Below are positions 37,342-48,020 of a DNA stretch of 64,000 bases, in pieces. Made by a program: the position numbers and the translations under genes. Each line of letters opens with the position of its first letter. Position 1 is the stretch's first letter. The notes beneath the pieces were generated by a model, which ran no database searches, had not been told where the DNA came from, and saw only the letters and a program-made list of their open reading frames with translations. This stretch comes from a virus: positions 1 to 64,000 of the IMG/VR virus record IMGVR_UViG_3300032293_001631. One strand, written 5' to 3'.

Positions 37342-40300
37342 ATGGCTTTTGAAAATCTTTTATTCTTTAATAAAAAAGGGGACCAATATAATTTTAAATG
37401 GAATGGTGAATATTGGGAGGGATCGGTTCTATTTGAGGTAGTATCCGAAAAACTTTTTGAGATTGAACACATATTCGTAATTGAAAAATTTCTAAACCCA
37501 TCTTCTGAAATAAAATATGGATTTCCACACTCTTATGGAGTTAGCCCGGGTGCTCCTGTTTGGAGAACTAGATGGGTTTCCAATTACGATGGAAGGACCA
37601 ACGTAGAATCCATAATTTATACATACGAGCTTGGTGTTGATGGAAATCTGGATGCTCCTATACTCGTTAAGTCTAATAATATTGAGTTTTATCCTGAGGT
37701 TGTAAGTGGCGATACTATTTCATCTCCTGGTGGAATAGTTATCAGTAACGATATCAATCCATCTTCAATGCAAATCAATATTGCATTAAACTCTAACACT
37801 GAAGGGATATATGACAGAACTTTAATATTAGAAGACTATACTGATCCTAATAATCCGGTAACTATAATGTCTATTAACTTCCACGGTGAAGTAGAAGGCG
37901 AAGATAGTAGATTGTCTGTTATTCTAGGTAACTTTGGTAGATCATTTAATCCGGATGACGCTTTTATAGTAAGAGAAAGTGATATAAAGGAAGAATTTCC
38001 AGATTATGAGATAATAAACAAGAAAAGAAAGGAGTTACTTCTCACTGGGGAAAGTATATTCCCGTATTTAGGTTCATATAAGTCTCTTTTCAATGCAATA
38101 AAATTCTTTGGATACTATGATCTTAGAGTAAAAGAATATTGGCTAAATATAAAAAAAGATGATGCTGATACATTAACACCTTTACAGCAAAATCAAAAGA
38201 TTTTAGATCAGCTATCACAGCCAAACTTAGAGGGCCAAAGTAAATTGGAACTGATAAGTAGTTTAATAAAAGACGAGAACGAGGGAAAATACAAGCAAGT
38301 AGAGATATACGGTAAAAAGAAGGACGGTACATTCGGACTAAAAAAACAGCTGGATAAAATATTCCCTTCTAAATCTTATAAGAAAACCGCTTTATTTGGT
38401 CTTTTCTATGATATTAACAGAGTAGTAGAGGATCAAGATGAGGATCAATACGGATACCCAATAGTTGAAGATAGCTTCTTGTTTAGTCCAGAGGAAGTAC
38501 TTATAAAGCTATTCGGACTAAAAGAAAGATTAAAAAGAGATTACCTTCCATTAAATGCCAGGATTATTGATATAACCGGAGAGGGTGTTTATTTTAATAT
38601 TTATAAAACAAGAGGCTGGACAGATTCTGTAGACATAAGTGAAATTAAAGGCGGTATAGAGGTTGACTTTACTGTTTTCCCTAATGAAGGTTACATAGAG
38701 GATTTAAGACCTTTTTATACAAAGCCAAATCAATCGGGCCTTTTATATCCTGCAGTAAATGGAACTGAGGCGGGCATAAGTCTTTATGGTAATACTGTAG
38801 ATCCTTATTCGTTCTTCCAGAAATATCCTAAATCAGCAATACCAGCATTAGAAACTGCAGTAAGAAGCTTTTATGATGATGTTAAATCTGGAGAAATGCC
38901 TAAGTTTCTTGGAGATGGGGATTACGATCCGCCAGGGTATAAACTATTTTCTGATAGCAGTGACTATGTTTTTCCTGCTGGGTGTCCTATCATAATAACG
39001 AATAATACCTTTGATCTCTCTTGGGAAGAAATAAGTGGTAGCTGGACATCTTTCGATACAACAATAACCCTAACTGATTTAGATATAGCTAGTTACACTA
39101 GTACAGCTTCACAAAATCCAGGAGGACCTTTACAAAATGCCTATAGTACTGACACATTTACATTGCCTGATACTTTTCCTAGCAATACAACAATTAATAT
39201 AGGAACAGGAAAGGATTGGTTTTCTACCACATCTCCAGAGGTTATATTTGTAAGAGTGGAATCAGTGGACTCTCCTGGTAATTTAGTTTTAGGATACTGT
39301 AGTTCTGGAGATTATAATACACTAACCGGAGATCTTTATATTGAATTCGTATACACAAGGGGATCTGGAGAATATTCAAATTGGAAGGTCAGTCCGACGA
39401 ATATTAAATTCAGTTCTTATGTTTTTGATTACTATCAGAATTTTGTACACTCTAACGGATTTTATTCTTGGGACAGAATACCATATTTGGATTTCTATGA
39501 AATAGAATGGACAATATACAAGGATGATGACGATAAGCCTTATTATTTCCAGATAACTGGTGATTTACCGGGATTGGATACTCTCGTACATTTTTTACCA
39601 TATGACGGGGAGTACAATGTTAAATGTAGAGTTTGGGACACATTAAATTCTATATCTCTGGGTATAAAAAGAGGGATAGTAAAAGTAGATAAGAGGGGAA
39701 TAGAACTAAATACGATTACTAGATTTAGAGAATCCGAAATCTATAACTGGGACAATATGCCTCTTAAATGGGATAGCTATTTTTCTCAATGGATTTTCCC
39801 AGTAGAGAACACAAGTAACTTATTAGATATTTCACAATTTATACAGAACTATCCTGAATACTCTAATAACTTTAATGAGGGTCAACAATGCGAGGTGTTA
39901 ACTAAATTACCTGAAGTTAAAGCCACCGCAACTTTCGATATAGGTGCGGATGAAATAGGTATATCTAGTATTGTTAGCTCTTATAACGGAAGTGGATATG
40001 ATTTAGCTACTGTTACTACTTTAACTCCTCATGGGTATTCATCAGGATCAACTGTTTGGATATACGATGCAGCCGGCGCTCCTTATGGACAATACCCTAT
40101 AACAGTTACTGGAAGCAACACATTTGAGATCCCTGACATAATTATTACTCCTATAAGCGGTGGGAATGTTTATGGATCGGGTACAATAAATATAATAATT
40201 GATTCCGTTCAGGTAGCGTCTTGTAATTTTCAGGGTGATTTAAATTCAACGACATCTTTACTGTATAGTATCATAAATGCTTCTCCAATAAATCCAAAGT

Positions 40301-43300
40301 ATAAAGTTGTATCCTTAGTTGATTCAGTTATTCCTGGATACAAGACTTTTACTATACAAGCGCCAAACAACTCCGGTTCTTTATGGAACGGTAAGTCAGT
40401 TATAATACAGGTAACCGGATCAATACTAGCATCTCCTATATCTACTAGCTTCTCTGGTGGTGTTAACGAAACAGAATCTTACGTTCCTTATGACTTCGTT
40501 ACTATCCCTAAAAAGGAAATGAAGTACTGGGGTACTAAAAGGTTATCATGGGAAACTTTTGAAGATTTTGCTTTTGAAAAAGCTTATGCTCATACATGGG
40601 ATATGTACGACTACCATAATGATTGGCTAGGTGGGTTCGATTTATATTCACTACAATATGGTGATAGGATTAGAGTTACTAGTGATTCTTCTGGAATAAT
40701 ATTAACTGAAACAGATTCGCCGAATAATAATTATTTAGATTTAGAGGAAGCAGCAGACCAATTAAACAATTCTGGTGATGTAAACATTGATAGGTTTGAT
40801 TACACTGTAAGAGGATTCTCAGCTCTTCCTAATAATTTCTATATAAATAGTAATCCAATCTCTCCTGATCTTAGTACAAATCCAGGACCTAAGAATATAA
40901 CTTCTAAATTTTTCAAGATTCCAACATATTCACCTGTTCTTTTCGAGCCAACAGGATTAGCTTGGGATGCTGATGGAGATATATGGGTAACTGGGGAGGA
41001 TGTTATAAAATTTGATGGATTAAATTACACCACTTATGACTCTACTAACAGTGTAATGCCTGGTGTATCTATTTTAACAAATTGTATAAAAATTGATAGG
41101 AACGATGTTAAATGGATCGGTGTAGAAAACAGTTTAACACCTCTGGTTAAAATAGACGATAGAGATCCTTCTAACAGCTTAGCTTATTCCGTAAGTGATT
41201 TCGTAGACAATGGAGGAAACCCAGTTAGTCCTATAACTGCTTCAAGTATAAATGCGATAGAAATAAATCCACAGAGCGGAGATATATTTGCAGCATTTAC
41301 TTGTAACTCATCGCCTTCTTTTGACGGTCTTTTATTTTATGATTCTCATGCTAATTCTTGGGGACTTTATACAACAGCCAATTCTGATATTCCTTCAGAT
41401 AATATTAGGGATCTTAGATTAGAATACTATGGAATAAATAAATGGTATTTGTGGATAGCCACAGACAATGGACTATCAAGATTTAACGGCGTTAATTTTA
41501 AAAATTATAACGATGGAAATTCGGGACTACCTGATAATGATGTTTATTCGATTGAGCTTGATAAATTAGATCACAAATGGATAGGAACTGGATCTTCATT
41601 AGTTTATTGGGATAATACAAGATGGGCAGTATGGAACAATGGAACTAATCCAGAGATATCAACTGGAAAGTTCGGTAATATCGTAGAGACTGGTAATGCT
41701 AACATATGGTTTACAATAGATCAGGGATCTTCTCCAGGAAATGCGGAGCTATATTTCTTTGATGGATATTTCTTTACTAAAGTTTTATACAGGAACGATG
41801 GAATTTCTTTAATAAATCCTTGTAATGTACTACACGGTAAAACACTTCTTTCTGCTCCATGGAAAACAATTAAAAATGGAGAAACTACATATCCTAGAAA
41901 TTTGATATTCCTGACAGAGGACGGCGAGATAGGAAAGCTTGACTATATTATACCTCATGTACATGCAAGTTCTAAAATATCTGATGTACAGGGGTGGGAT
42001 TTCGTTTATCATGAATCTTCTACACCTCTTCCTTCCATAGAGTATATTTATAACAGCGCTATAGGCAACTCACAGTTAGGATTTAGCTTTGTAGTAGGAC
42101 CTTTTAATGACAATATAACACTAAACTCTGATTACACTAGACCAGTGATGCCTAATGTCGATAGATATTCATGGTATAAGCCCGTTTGGCAGCGTTATAA
42201 CATCGATCGTCTGAAAGACCAGTTTCCATCTTTGAATCTGGATCATGTCTTCTTATACGCGCCCTTACGAGATATTATAGAGGGTAAAGCAACGAAAGAA
42301 CCTTACTGGAAAAATTCACAAATAGAAAGGATAGCTCAGAAAAAATCTAGGGATCTTTTCGAGAATTTTGAATGGGTTATAACTCTAGGAAATAGCGACC
42401 CAGATCAGGGGGTTAAGGTCACAGTAGATAATGAAGGGGATATTATTGCTATCGGAGATTTCAATGGTACTATATTCATGGGAGAGGTAAACAATATAGG
42501 TACTCAAGACGTTTATTTAACAACATTAGACCAGGGTGTTTATATAGCAAAATATAACAAAGGCGGTGTATTACAATGGGCAAGATCAATTGACTCAACA
42601 TCTCCACAAGGTCCTATATTCGGAAGATCTGTTGTAACAGATGAAGGCGGGAACATTTACGTAGTTTGTGATAACAATCTAACAGGATTTATAGAAATAA
42701 ACAAATACAATTCTGGAGGAGATCTTCTAAATATAATAAACATACCAGTTACACCTTCCCAATTTTTGGGTGATATTAAAGTAGACAAATATGAAAATGT
42801 CTATATATGTGGCGGATTTGAAGGAACACTTAATCTTGGTATTTATACATTAACATCATCTGGACAAGATTCTGGATTCGTTGCTAAACTAGATTCCACT
42901 TTAAATTTTGTTTGGGCTAAGCAATTAACAGATGGAACTTATTCCAAAGCTAATGAAATAGCTATATTAAAAGAGGAATATCTTTATTTAACGGGTGTTT
43001 TTGAAACTGAGATAAATCTAGATCCTATCCAGCTATCTGGTGTTGGTAATCCGGATATGTTTGTAGCTAAAATTTACACGGGAGATGGAACATGTCTATG
43101 GGCAGATAGCTTTGCTTATAACGCATCTACATCATTTACAGATACTTCAATTTGTGTAGATCCTAAAGGACATGTTTTAATAACTGGATCATTCCAAGGT
43201 ACTATAGAAATAGAGGATAAACAGCTTTCATCATTCCCTGGAGTAAATGATATATTCCTGATAAAACTTCTGTCTACTGGAAAATTGGTTTGGATGAAGA

Positions 43301-44121
43301 TGTGTGGAGGATCTTCAGGAGATACTGCTCACGATGTTGAAAGTGACTCAGAGGAGAATGTTTATATTACTGGATCCTACACATCTGGAGCATACTTCTC
43401 TCCGGTAGAGCTTGAATCTAGAGGAGGAACTGACATATACTTAACTAAATTCAATAAGGACGGATTACTTGTTGATATAGTTACTGCTGGAGGAATAAAC
43501 AATGACTCTGGGGCTGATTTAGTACTCGATAAGGAAGAAAATATTTACATAACTGGATATTTTGACGGAGAAGCTGAATTCTCACCTTATGTGGTTCTTT
43601 CTCCTCCTGGAGGTAGCTTAGATGCTTTCCTTGGTAAAATACCTAAACAAAGATTCCAGTCTGGGTTAAAAATAGGAGGAGTTCAATCTTGGCTAGGATC
43701 TCACTCTTGGTCTTGGAGGGAAGAGAAATTTTATCAAGAAGAGTTTGAAATACCTTTGGCTACTACTATATTTATAAATCCAATAGATTCTTTAATCCCT
43801 GGTAAGAAAGATCATATATGGACTCTTACAGATACAGAAAATGGAAATGTTATAGTCAAGATAAGAAAAACACCTTATTTCATATGGACTTTCCTAGAAC
43901 CAGGATTCTACACTATATCCTGTGAGCTACAAGATGCCAATGGAAACATATATCAAACAGAACACAAGGGCAAAATAAGGGTAATAGATCATAAATCTCC
44001 TTTTGCTGGTGACCTAACACCTGAAGTAGTTAATCCTAGCGATTATTTAATCAGATCAATATACTACGACAGAAAGGATTTAGGATTCCCTCCTTATTCA
44101 AGATTTGATATAGGATCTTAA
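37342..44121 (+). CDS. Very large baseplate/receptor-binding protein (gp7-like N-terminus, PKD-like, Reg_prop and SBBP beta-propellers)
   Basis: FPYLGSYKSLFNAIKFFGY wedge-like motif after gp6; NSGLPDNDVYSIELDKLDHKWIGT Reg_prop repeats; DTAHDVESDSEENVYITGSY SBBP repeats; C-terminal WTFLEPGFYTISCELQDANGN PKD-like. Confidence 0.7.
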   Translation: MAFENLLFFNKKGDQYNFKWNGEYWEGSVLFEVVSEKLFEIEHIFVIEKFLNPSSEIKYGFPHSYGVSPGAPVWRTRWVSNYDGRTNVESIIYTYELGVDGNLDAPILVKSNNIEFYPEVVSGDTISSPGGIVISNDINPSSMQINIALNSNTEGIYDRTLILEDYTDPNNPVTIMSINFHGEVEGEDSRLSVILGNFGRSFNPDDAFIVRESDIKEEFPDYEIINKKRKELLLTGESIFPYLGSYKSLFNAIKFFGYYDLRVKEYWLNIKKDDADTLTPLQQNQKILDQLSQPNLEGQSKLELISSLIKDENEGKYKQVEIYGKKKDGTFGLKKQLDKIFPSKSYKKTALFGLFYDINRVVEDQDEDQYGYPIVEDSFLFSPEEVLIKLFGLKERLKRDYLPLNARIIDITGEGVYFNIYKTRGWTDSVDISEIKGGIEVDFTVFPNEGYIEDLRPFYTKPNQSGLLYPAVNGTEAGISLYGNTVDPYSFFQKYPKSAIPALETAVRSFYDDVKSGEMPKFLGDGDYDPPGYKLFSDSSDYVFPAGCPIIITNNTFDLSWEEISGSWTSFDTTITLTDLDIASYTSTASQNPGGPLQNAYSTDTFTLPDTFPSNTTINIGTGKDWFSTTSPEVIFVRVESVDSPGNLVLGYCSSGDYNTLTGDLYIEFVYTRGSGEYSNWKVSPTNIKFSSYVFDYYQNFVHSNGFYSWDRIPYLDFYEIEWTIYKDDDDKPYYFQITGDLPGLDTLVHFLPYDGEYNVKCRVWDTLNSISLGIKRGIVKVDKRGIELNTITRFRESEIYNWDNMPLKWDSYFSQWIFPVENTSNLLDISQFIQNYPEYSNNFNEGQQCEVLTKLPEVKATATFDIGADEIGISSIVSSYNGSGYDLATVTTLTPHGYSSGSTVWIYDAAGAPYGQYPITVTGSNTFEIPDIIITPISGGNVYGSGTINIIIDSVQVASCNFQGDLNSTTSLLYSIINASPINPKYKVVSLVDSVIPGYKTFTIQAPNNSGSLWNGKSVIIQVTGSILASPISTSFSGGVNETESYVPYDFVTIPKKEMKYWGTKRLSWETFEDFAFEKAYAHTWDMYDYHNDWLGGFDLYSLQYGDRIRVTSDSSGIILTETDSPNNNYLDLEEAADQLNNSGDVNIDRFDYTVRGFSALPNNFYINSNPISPDLSTNPGPKNITSKFFKIPTYSPVLFEPTGLAWDADGDIWVTGEDVIKFDGLNYTTYDSTNSVMPGVSILTNCIKIDRNDVKWIGVENSLTPLVKIDDRDPSNSLAYSVSDFVDNGGNPVSPITASSINAIEINPQSGDIFAAFTCNSSPSFDGLLFYDSHANSWGLYTTANSDIPSDNIRDLRLEYYGINKWYLWIATDNGLSRFNGVNFKNYNDGNSGLPDNDVYSIELDKLDHKWIGTGSSLVYWDNTRWAVWNNGTNPEISTGKFGNIVETGNANIWFTIDQGSSPGNAELYFFDGYFFTKVLYRNDGISLINPCNVLHGKTLLSAPWKTIKNGETTYPRNLIFLTEDGEIGKLDYIIPHVHASSKISDVQGWDFVYHESSTPLPSIEYIYNSAIGNSQLGFSFVVGPFNDNITLNSDYTRPVMPNVDRYSWYKPVWQRYNIDRLKDQFPSLNLDHVFLYAPLRDIIEGKATKEPYWKNSQIERIAQKKSRDLFENFEWVITLGNSDPDQGVKVTVDNEGDIIAIGDFNGTIFMGEVNNIGTQDVYLTTLDQGVYIAKYNKGGVLQWARSIDSTSPQGPIFGRSVVTDEGGNIYVVCDNNLTGFIEINKYNSGGDLLNIINIPVTPSQFLGDIKVDKYENVYICGGFEGTLNLGIYTLTSSGQDSGFVAKLDSTLNFVWAKQLTDGTYSKANEIAILKEEYLYLTGVFETEINLDPIQLSGVGNPDMFVAKIYTGDGTCLWADSFAYNASTSFTDTSICVDPKGHVLITGSFQGTIEIEDKQLSSFPGVNDIFLIKLLSTGKLVWMKMCGGSSGDTAHDVESDSEENVYITGSYTSGAYFSPVELESRGGTDIYLTKFNKDGLLVDIVTAGGINNDSGADLVLDKEENIYITGYFDGEAEFSPYVVLSPPGGSLDAFLGKIPKQRFQSGLKIGGVQSWLGSHSWSWREEKFYQEEFEIPLATTIFINPIDSLIPGKKDHIWTLTDTENGNVIVKIRKTPYFIWTFLEPGFYTISCELQDANGNIYQTEHKGKIRVIDHKSPFAGDLTPEVVNPSDYLIRSIYYDRKDLGFPPYSRFDIGS

Positions 44122-44789
44122 GTAGTATATTCTCTATAAACATCAAGAATTTCAGGAACTATAGGATGCCTGTGGTTTTTCTTTAATGTAATAACCTTAA
44201 CACCAGGGACTCTTGCTGCAAGTGTATTCATAAAATCTAGACCTGATTCTTTCTTGTTTTTTAAATCGATCTGAGATGTGTCCCCACATATCATTATTTT
44301 AGATCCTATACCAAGTCTACCAAGAACCATTTCCATTTGACTCATAGTTACGTTTTGAGCCTCATCTACTATTACACAAGAATTAACCAATGTTCTACCT
44401 CTCATGAATGGGAAGGGAAGAATTTCGATGATACCCTCACTGAGTAATTTTTCTATTTTGGTTTTATCGTAGACCATTTCTAGATTAGCATAAATAGGGG
44501 CTAACCAAGGATCCATTTTCTCCTTTAAATCTCCAGGAAGAAATCCGATATCTTCTTTTGCAACAGTTGGTCTAGTGATAACTAGCTTTTCTATTTCCCT
44601 GTTGAATAACATATCCAAAGCTATCTGGACCGCTAATAAAGTTTTACCCGAACCTGCTGCTCCTTTTAAAACGTTAACTGGGTTTTCCAGTATGATGGCT
44701 TTAGCATCTTTTTGCTCCTCGTTTAAATTGATTTTAAATTTAATGGGATTTTTTGGTTTTCTCTTTTGAGTCCAATTGCTTCCTGTCAT
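44118..44789 (-). CDS. phoH: PhoH-family ATPase
   Basis: GAAGSGKT Walker A, ITRP, IGFLPGDLKEKMDPW, FMRGRT, VIVDEAQN, GDTSQID, RHPIV. Confidence 0.95.
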   Translation of the reverse strand: MTGSNWTQKRKPKNPIKFKINLNEEQKDAKAIILENPVNVLKGAAGSGKTLLAVQIALDMLFNREIEKLVITRPTVAKEDIGFLPGDLKEKMDPWLAPIYANLEMVYDKTKIEKLLSEGIIEILPFPFMRGRTLVNSCVIVDEAQNVTMSQMEMVLGRLGIGSKIMICGDTSQIDLKNKKESGLDFMNTLAARVPGVKVITLKKNHRHPIVPEILDVYREYTT

Positions 44790-44805
44790 AAGATTTTTTT
44801 TATTT

Positions 44806-44830
44806 TGAGAAACATATTCGATATTTCTCA
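44806..44830 (-). promoter_or_regulatory. 10-bp hairpin in the phoH 5' leader
   Basis: Minus-strand RNA UGAGAAAUAU-CGAAU-AUGUUUCUCA pairs fully with one G-U pair (a C-A mismatch on the + strand); ends 16 nt before the phoH ATG. Confidence 0.35.
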
Positions 44831-44873
44831 GTTTAATAATTATCCCTGTCTTTTCTTAAAGTATTAAGTACAG

Positions 44874-44883
44874 GATATATATC
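44874..44883. promoter_or_regulatory. Palindromic GATATATATC: late promoter element readable on both strands
   Basis: Lies between the divergent phoH and 44901 genes; ends 17 nt before ATG 44901. Confidence 0.5.
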
Positions 44884-44900
44884 AAAAAAAGAAAAATCAA

Positions 44901-45818
44901 ATGGCAATTACAATTACCGAAATCCTTGGAACAGATTCTATTTCCGGATCAAGATTAACTATTAATGCTAACTTTTTGCTATTAGAGAATGCCTACAACG
45001 ATCTAGAAAACACTTTTAATATAAATGTGTTAACTGGATCACTAGACGTTTCTAGTGCTTCAAGCGGGCAAATTAAATCAAAATCAATGCTAACAAATAG
45101 TTTGGTTATGCCCGCTTCGGGATCACCAACTATACAGATATACGGAACTGGAGCGAGTGGTGGATCTGTAATTGCATCTAATACAATTGCTGGAGCAACT
45201 GGTATTTTTTCCAACGTTCTTCAAGCTAATGTGTTAGGAGCATCTGGAACTGCTACTTTTGGAGCTACTGCTACTTTCCAATCAGTAGTTAATCTGGAGG
45301 GAAGAACTAGCATAGGAGCATCTGGAAATTTTGTTAACACAAATAGAAAAGCAACTGTAGGATCAACAACAGCTTTCCCTTCTGCACCAGGAGCTGGTGT
45401 TACTGGAACTTATTCCACACCTTATCAATTAACACTAACTGAAAATGTCATTTATATACAATCTGATTATGTTTCGACTGCGCCTGCTGATGCTGCAAAC
45501 TCTACAGGATTTTTCTTTTATGCAACAACAGGTGCTGGAGCAACTGCTTCTGATATTCCTGCAGGTTACACTTTAACACTTATAGACGCTGCGACATCTA
45601 CTGGATTGATAGCTACTGGTGTTACTGGACCTTCACCTTACTACTACACAGGATTCTCAACTGGTGACGGCTCATACACAGATCCTTCTATACAAACACC
45701 TGGAAATCAGTATAAGTCTTCGTTTACTATTATGTGGGAGCCTAGAATAGACCAATCCTCAGGTACACAAAAAGGATCTTGGGTATTGGTATCTGATACA
45801 CAAGGATTCACATACTAA
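44901..45818 (+). CDS. Short fibre/baseplate-attached structural protein, Gly/Ser/Thr-rich
   Basis: N-terminal ITEILGTDS.S.....INANF attachment-like motif; many GASG/GATG/GVTG units. Confidence 0.6.
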   Translation: MAITITEILGTDSISGSRLTINANFLLLENAYNDLENTFNINVLTGSLDVSSASSGQIKSKSMLTNSLVMPASGSPTIQIYGTGASGGSVIASNTIAGATGIFSNVLQANVLGASGTATFGATATFQSVVNLEGRTSIGASGNFVNTNRKATVGSTTAFPSAPGAGVTGTYSTPYQLTLTENVIYIQSDYVSTAPADAANSTGFFFYATTGAGATASDIPAGYTLTLIDAATSTGLIATGVTGPSPYYYTGFSTGDGSYTDPSIQTPGNQYKSSFTIMWEPRIDQSSGTQKGSWVLVSDTQGFTY

Positions 45819-45832
45819 TTAAGTATCAATAA

Positions 45833-48016
45833 ATGGCAAAAACACCTTATATAAGACCCATAGCAGTTCAGGGAGGTACATTCTATACCTTCTCTTCTGC
45901 TGCGGAAGATCTATCTTTAACATTCAATAATTCATTAAAGAAGTTCTCTTTTTCTAAATATGCTTTATTAAAGCTTCCTGAATTTGGATCTCCAACATAC
46001 GGAGAGAATACAATTCAGTTCAATGCTATAGATACTACATTTTTAGATGCTGCAGAAGGTGATTTTATTCTTACCAACCCGAATAACTTAAGTCCTTCTC
46101 CTGAGATATCATTTCAGAATTACTGTTTAAATCTAGAATCAACTGTTATATCAGATCCTAATTACAATCCAGATTTAAAAAGAAATGTATCAGAGAGAGT
46201 TTTTTGGAAATGGGTTAAAGAGCTAGGTGGTGTAAGATATAGAGCTGCCAATAATAATGAGGTGGTAGCTTCTTTAAACCAAACAACTACTACCACTAAA
46301 GATGGATTTCCATATTCAGATAAAAGATGGGTAGAGGAGGATACATTCCTAACAGGTAACGGATCACCTACCCCAAGATATGAAAGAATTGTTCAATACG
46401 TAGGTGATATTGATGTTGTAAATTCCGTACAGAATTCAGAAAACGCGTATTCCGAGGTTTATATACATGTACCAACTGGTGATGGAGGAACTCCTTATGT
46501 TCTTTTTAAAACTGTAGCGGATGAGAACTATTACCCAGACCGTACTTGGACACATTTACCAGCGGATCCAACAGACACCGAATATTTACAAGGCAGAGAT
46601 TCTGCTTCCGGTTTATATGGTCCTAATGGATTACCTAAGCTGGCAATATTTGATCAGGACGTATTAGGAGATCCTGGAGTTAGTGGTGCATCTGCTACTG
46701 GATCATTTTCTAATAACTGGTATTCACCAAGGGATGAGGCTAATTCATATTTTACTGATCCCTCTTTCTTTGACAATACTAACTACACATTAGAAAAATA
46801 TTTAGCTGCTTCAGGACCTACTGGTTATACTGTAACATACAAGAGAAGTAATTTAGATGGTGTACAAATTGATTTTGATCCTGCATCTTACAAAGCAATT
46901 CAAAACTACGTTGGGATATCAACAATAGAAGAGTGGAACGGTACTCCAATTACTACTTCTTTTGAGTTTAATGCAGTTCTAGTTTATTACGATGTATACG
47001 ATCCTAATAATCCCACGGATTCAGAAACAAATCTATACGGTATACTTTTTCTAAATGATCCGGAGCCTGTATCTACAAATGCAGCTAAGCTACCAACATT
47101 TAAGAAATTCAAGCCAGATCCTATAACAAAATTAAACGGTAATTCTTACGGATTTAAGATAAATCTAAAGTTTGATACTGATGTAGAAAGTACTGGGGTT
47201 GAACAAGCGATAAATGATTATTCATCATTCTCTCTATCTATTTTCATGGATGCTGCTACTGTTTTACAGGATGCTGCTAAAAATCTAAACGATAGAACAC
47301 TTCAGATCATTAATATGCAACAAGATATTAATGACCTTAAGGATCTAATAATAAACACTGATGATAGTAATGAAATAAAAGCAAGATTGGATGTAGTAGA
47401 AGCTTCTCTGCAAGCTAATCAGGCTCTATTTGATAACACTCAGGATATTTTAAGTCTAATCGAACAGAATACTGATAGTATACAAAATATCTTACAAAAC
47501 CAAACTTCCATCAACATGTCTTATAATCTAGACCTGTTAAAAGATGGGAATGGAACTTCTGTAAACAGAAATACACCTAACATATTAAAGGTTGATGTAA
47601 CACAGCAAGATTATAATATAGGTAACAGTTCATTGTTTACAATAAATCCAGTTTCAGGTAATACTGTTCCTCTATCTCTATACACCAATTATTTAAAACA
47701 TAAAAATAATGGGGTATCTATAACTGCCACTAATGATATAGTTATAAGAATAGATGATAGCTTAAATAAATGGCAAAAAGGACAGGTAATAAGATTTGTA
47801 ATAGGAGATGAGATCGATCTCGGAAACTATTCAATAGTTATCCTTACAGATGCTTTAGGAGAATATCCTAAAACTAATCCTTCTGGTGTACCATATTCAG
47901 TAGTTGTTGCTGGATTCTTAAACGTTCAGTTTTCTAGTTCTGGATATAAACCAATATTTGATATTGTTTGTGTAGACGAGAAAAACTTAATATTTGAAAT
48001 CGATCAAATAAGATAA
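45833..48016 (+). CDS. Virion structural protein (727 aa) with coiled-coil segment
   Basis: Structural operon; heptad-like LNDRTLQIINMQQDINDLKDLI region. Confidence 0.55.
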   Translation: MAKTPYIRPIAVQGGTFYTFSSAAEDLSLTFNNSLKKFSFSKYALLKLPEFGSPTYGENTIQFNAIDTTFLDAAEGDFILTNPNNLSPSPEISFQNYCLNLESTVISDPNYNPDLKRNVSERVFWKWVKELGGVRYRAANNNEVVASLNQTTTTTKDGFPYSDKRWVEEDTFLTGNGSPTPRYERIVQYVGDIDVVNSVQNSENAYSEVYIHVPTGDGGTPYVLFKTVADENYYPDRTWTHLPADPTDTEYLQGRDSASGLYGPNGLPKLAIFDQDVLGDPGVSGASATGSFSNNWYSPRDEANSYFTDPSFFDNTNYTLEKYLAASGPTGYTVTYKRSNLDGVQIDFDPASYKAIQNYVGISTIEEWNGTPITTSFEFNAVLVYYDVYDPNNPTDSETNLYGILFLNDPEPVSTNAAKLPTFKKFKPDPITKLNGNSYGFKINLKFDTDVESTGVEQAINDYSSFSLSIFMDAATVLQDAAKNLNDRTLQIINMQQDINDLKDLIINTDDSNEIKARLDVVEASLQANQALFDNTQDILSLIEQNTDSIQNILQNQTSINMSYNLDLLKDGNGTSVNRNTPNILKVDVTQQDYNIGNSSLFTINPVSGNTVPLSLYTNYLKHKNNGVSITATNDIVIRIDDSLNKWQKGQVIRFVIGDEIDLGNYSIVILTDALGEYPKTNPSGVPYSVVVAGFLNVQFSSSGYKPIFDIVCVDEKNLIFEIDQIR

Positions 48017-48020
48017 AAAA

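Noticed and set aside
44800-44827. Fourth copy of the GAAAYT-N17-TANAA motif upstream of phoH
   Set aside because: GAAATA to TAAAA spacing is two nt longer and the -35-like box mismatches, so it was not counted.
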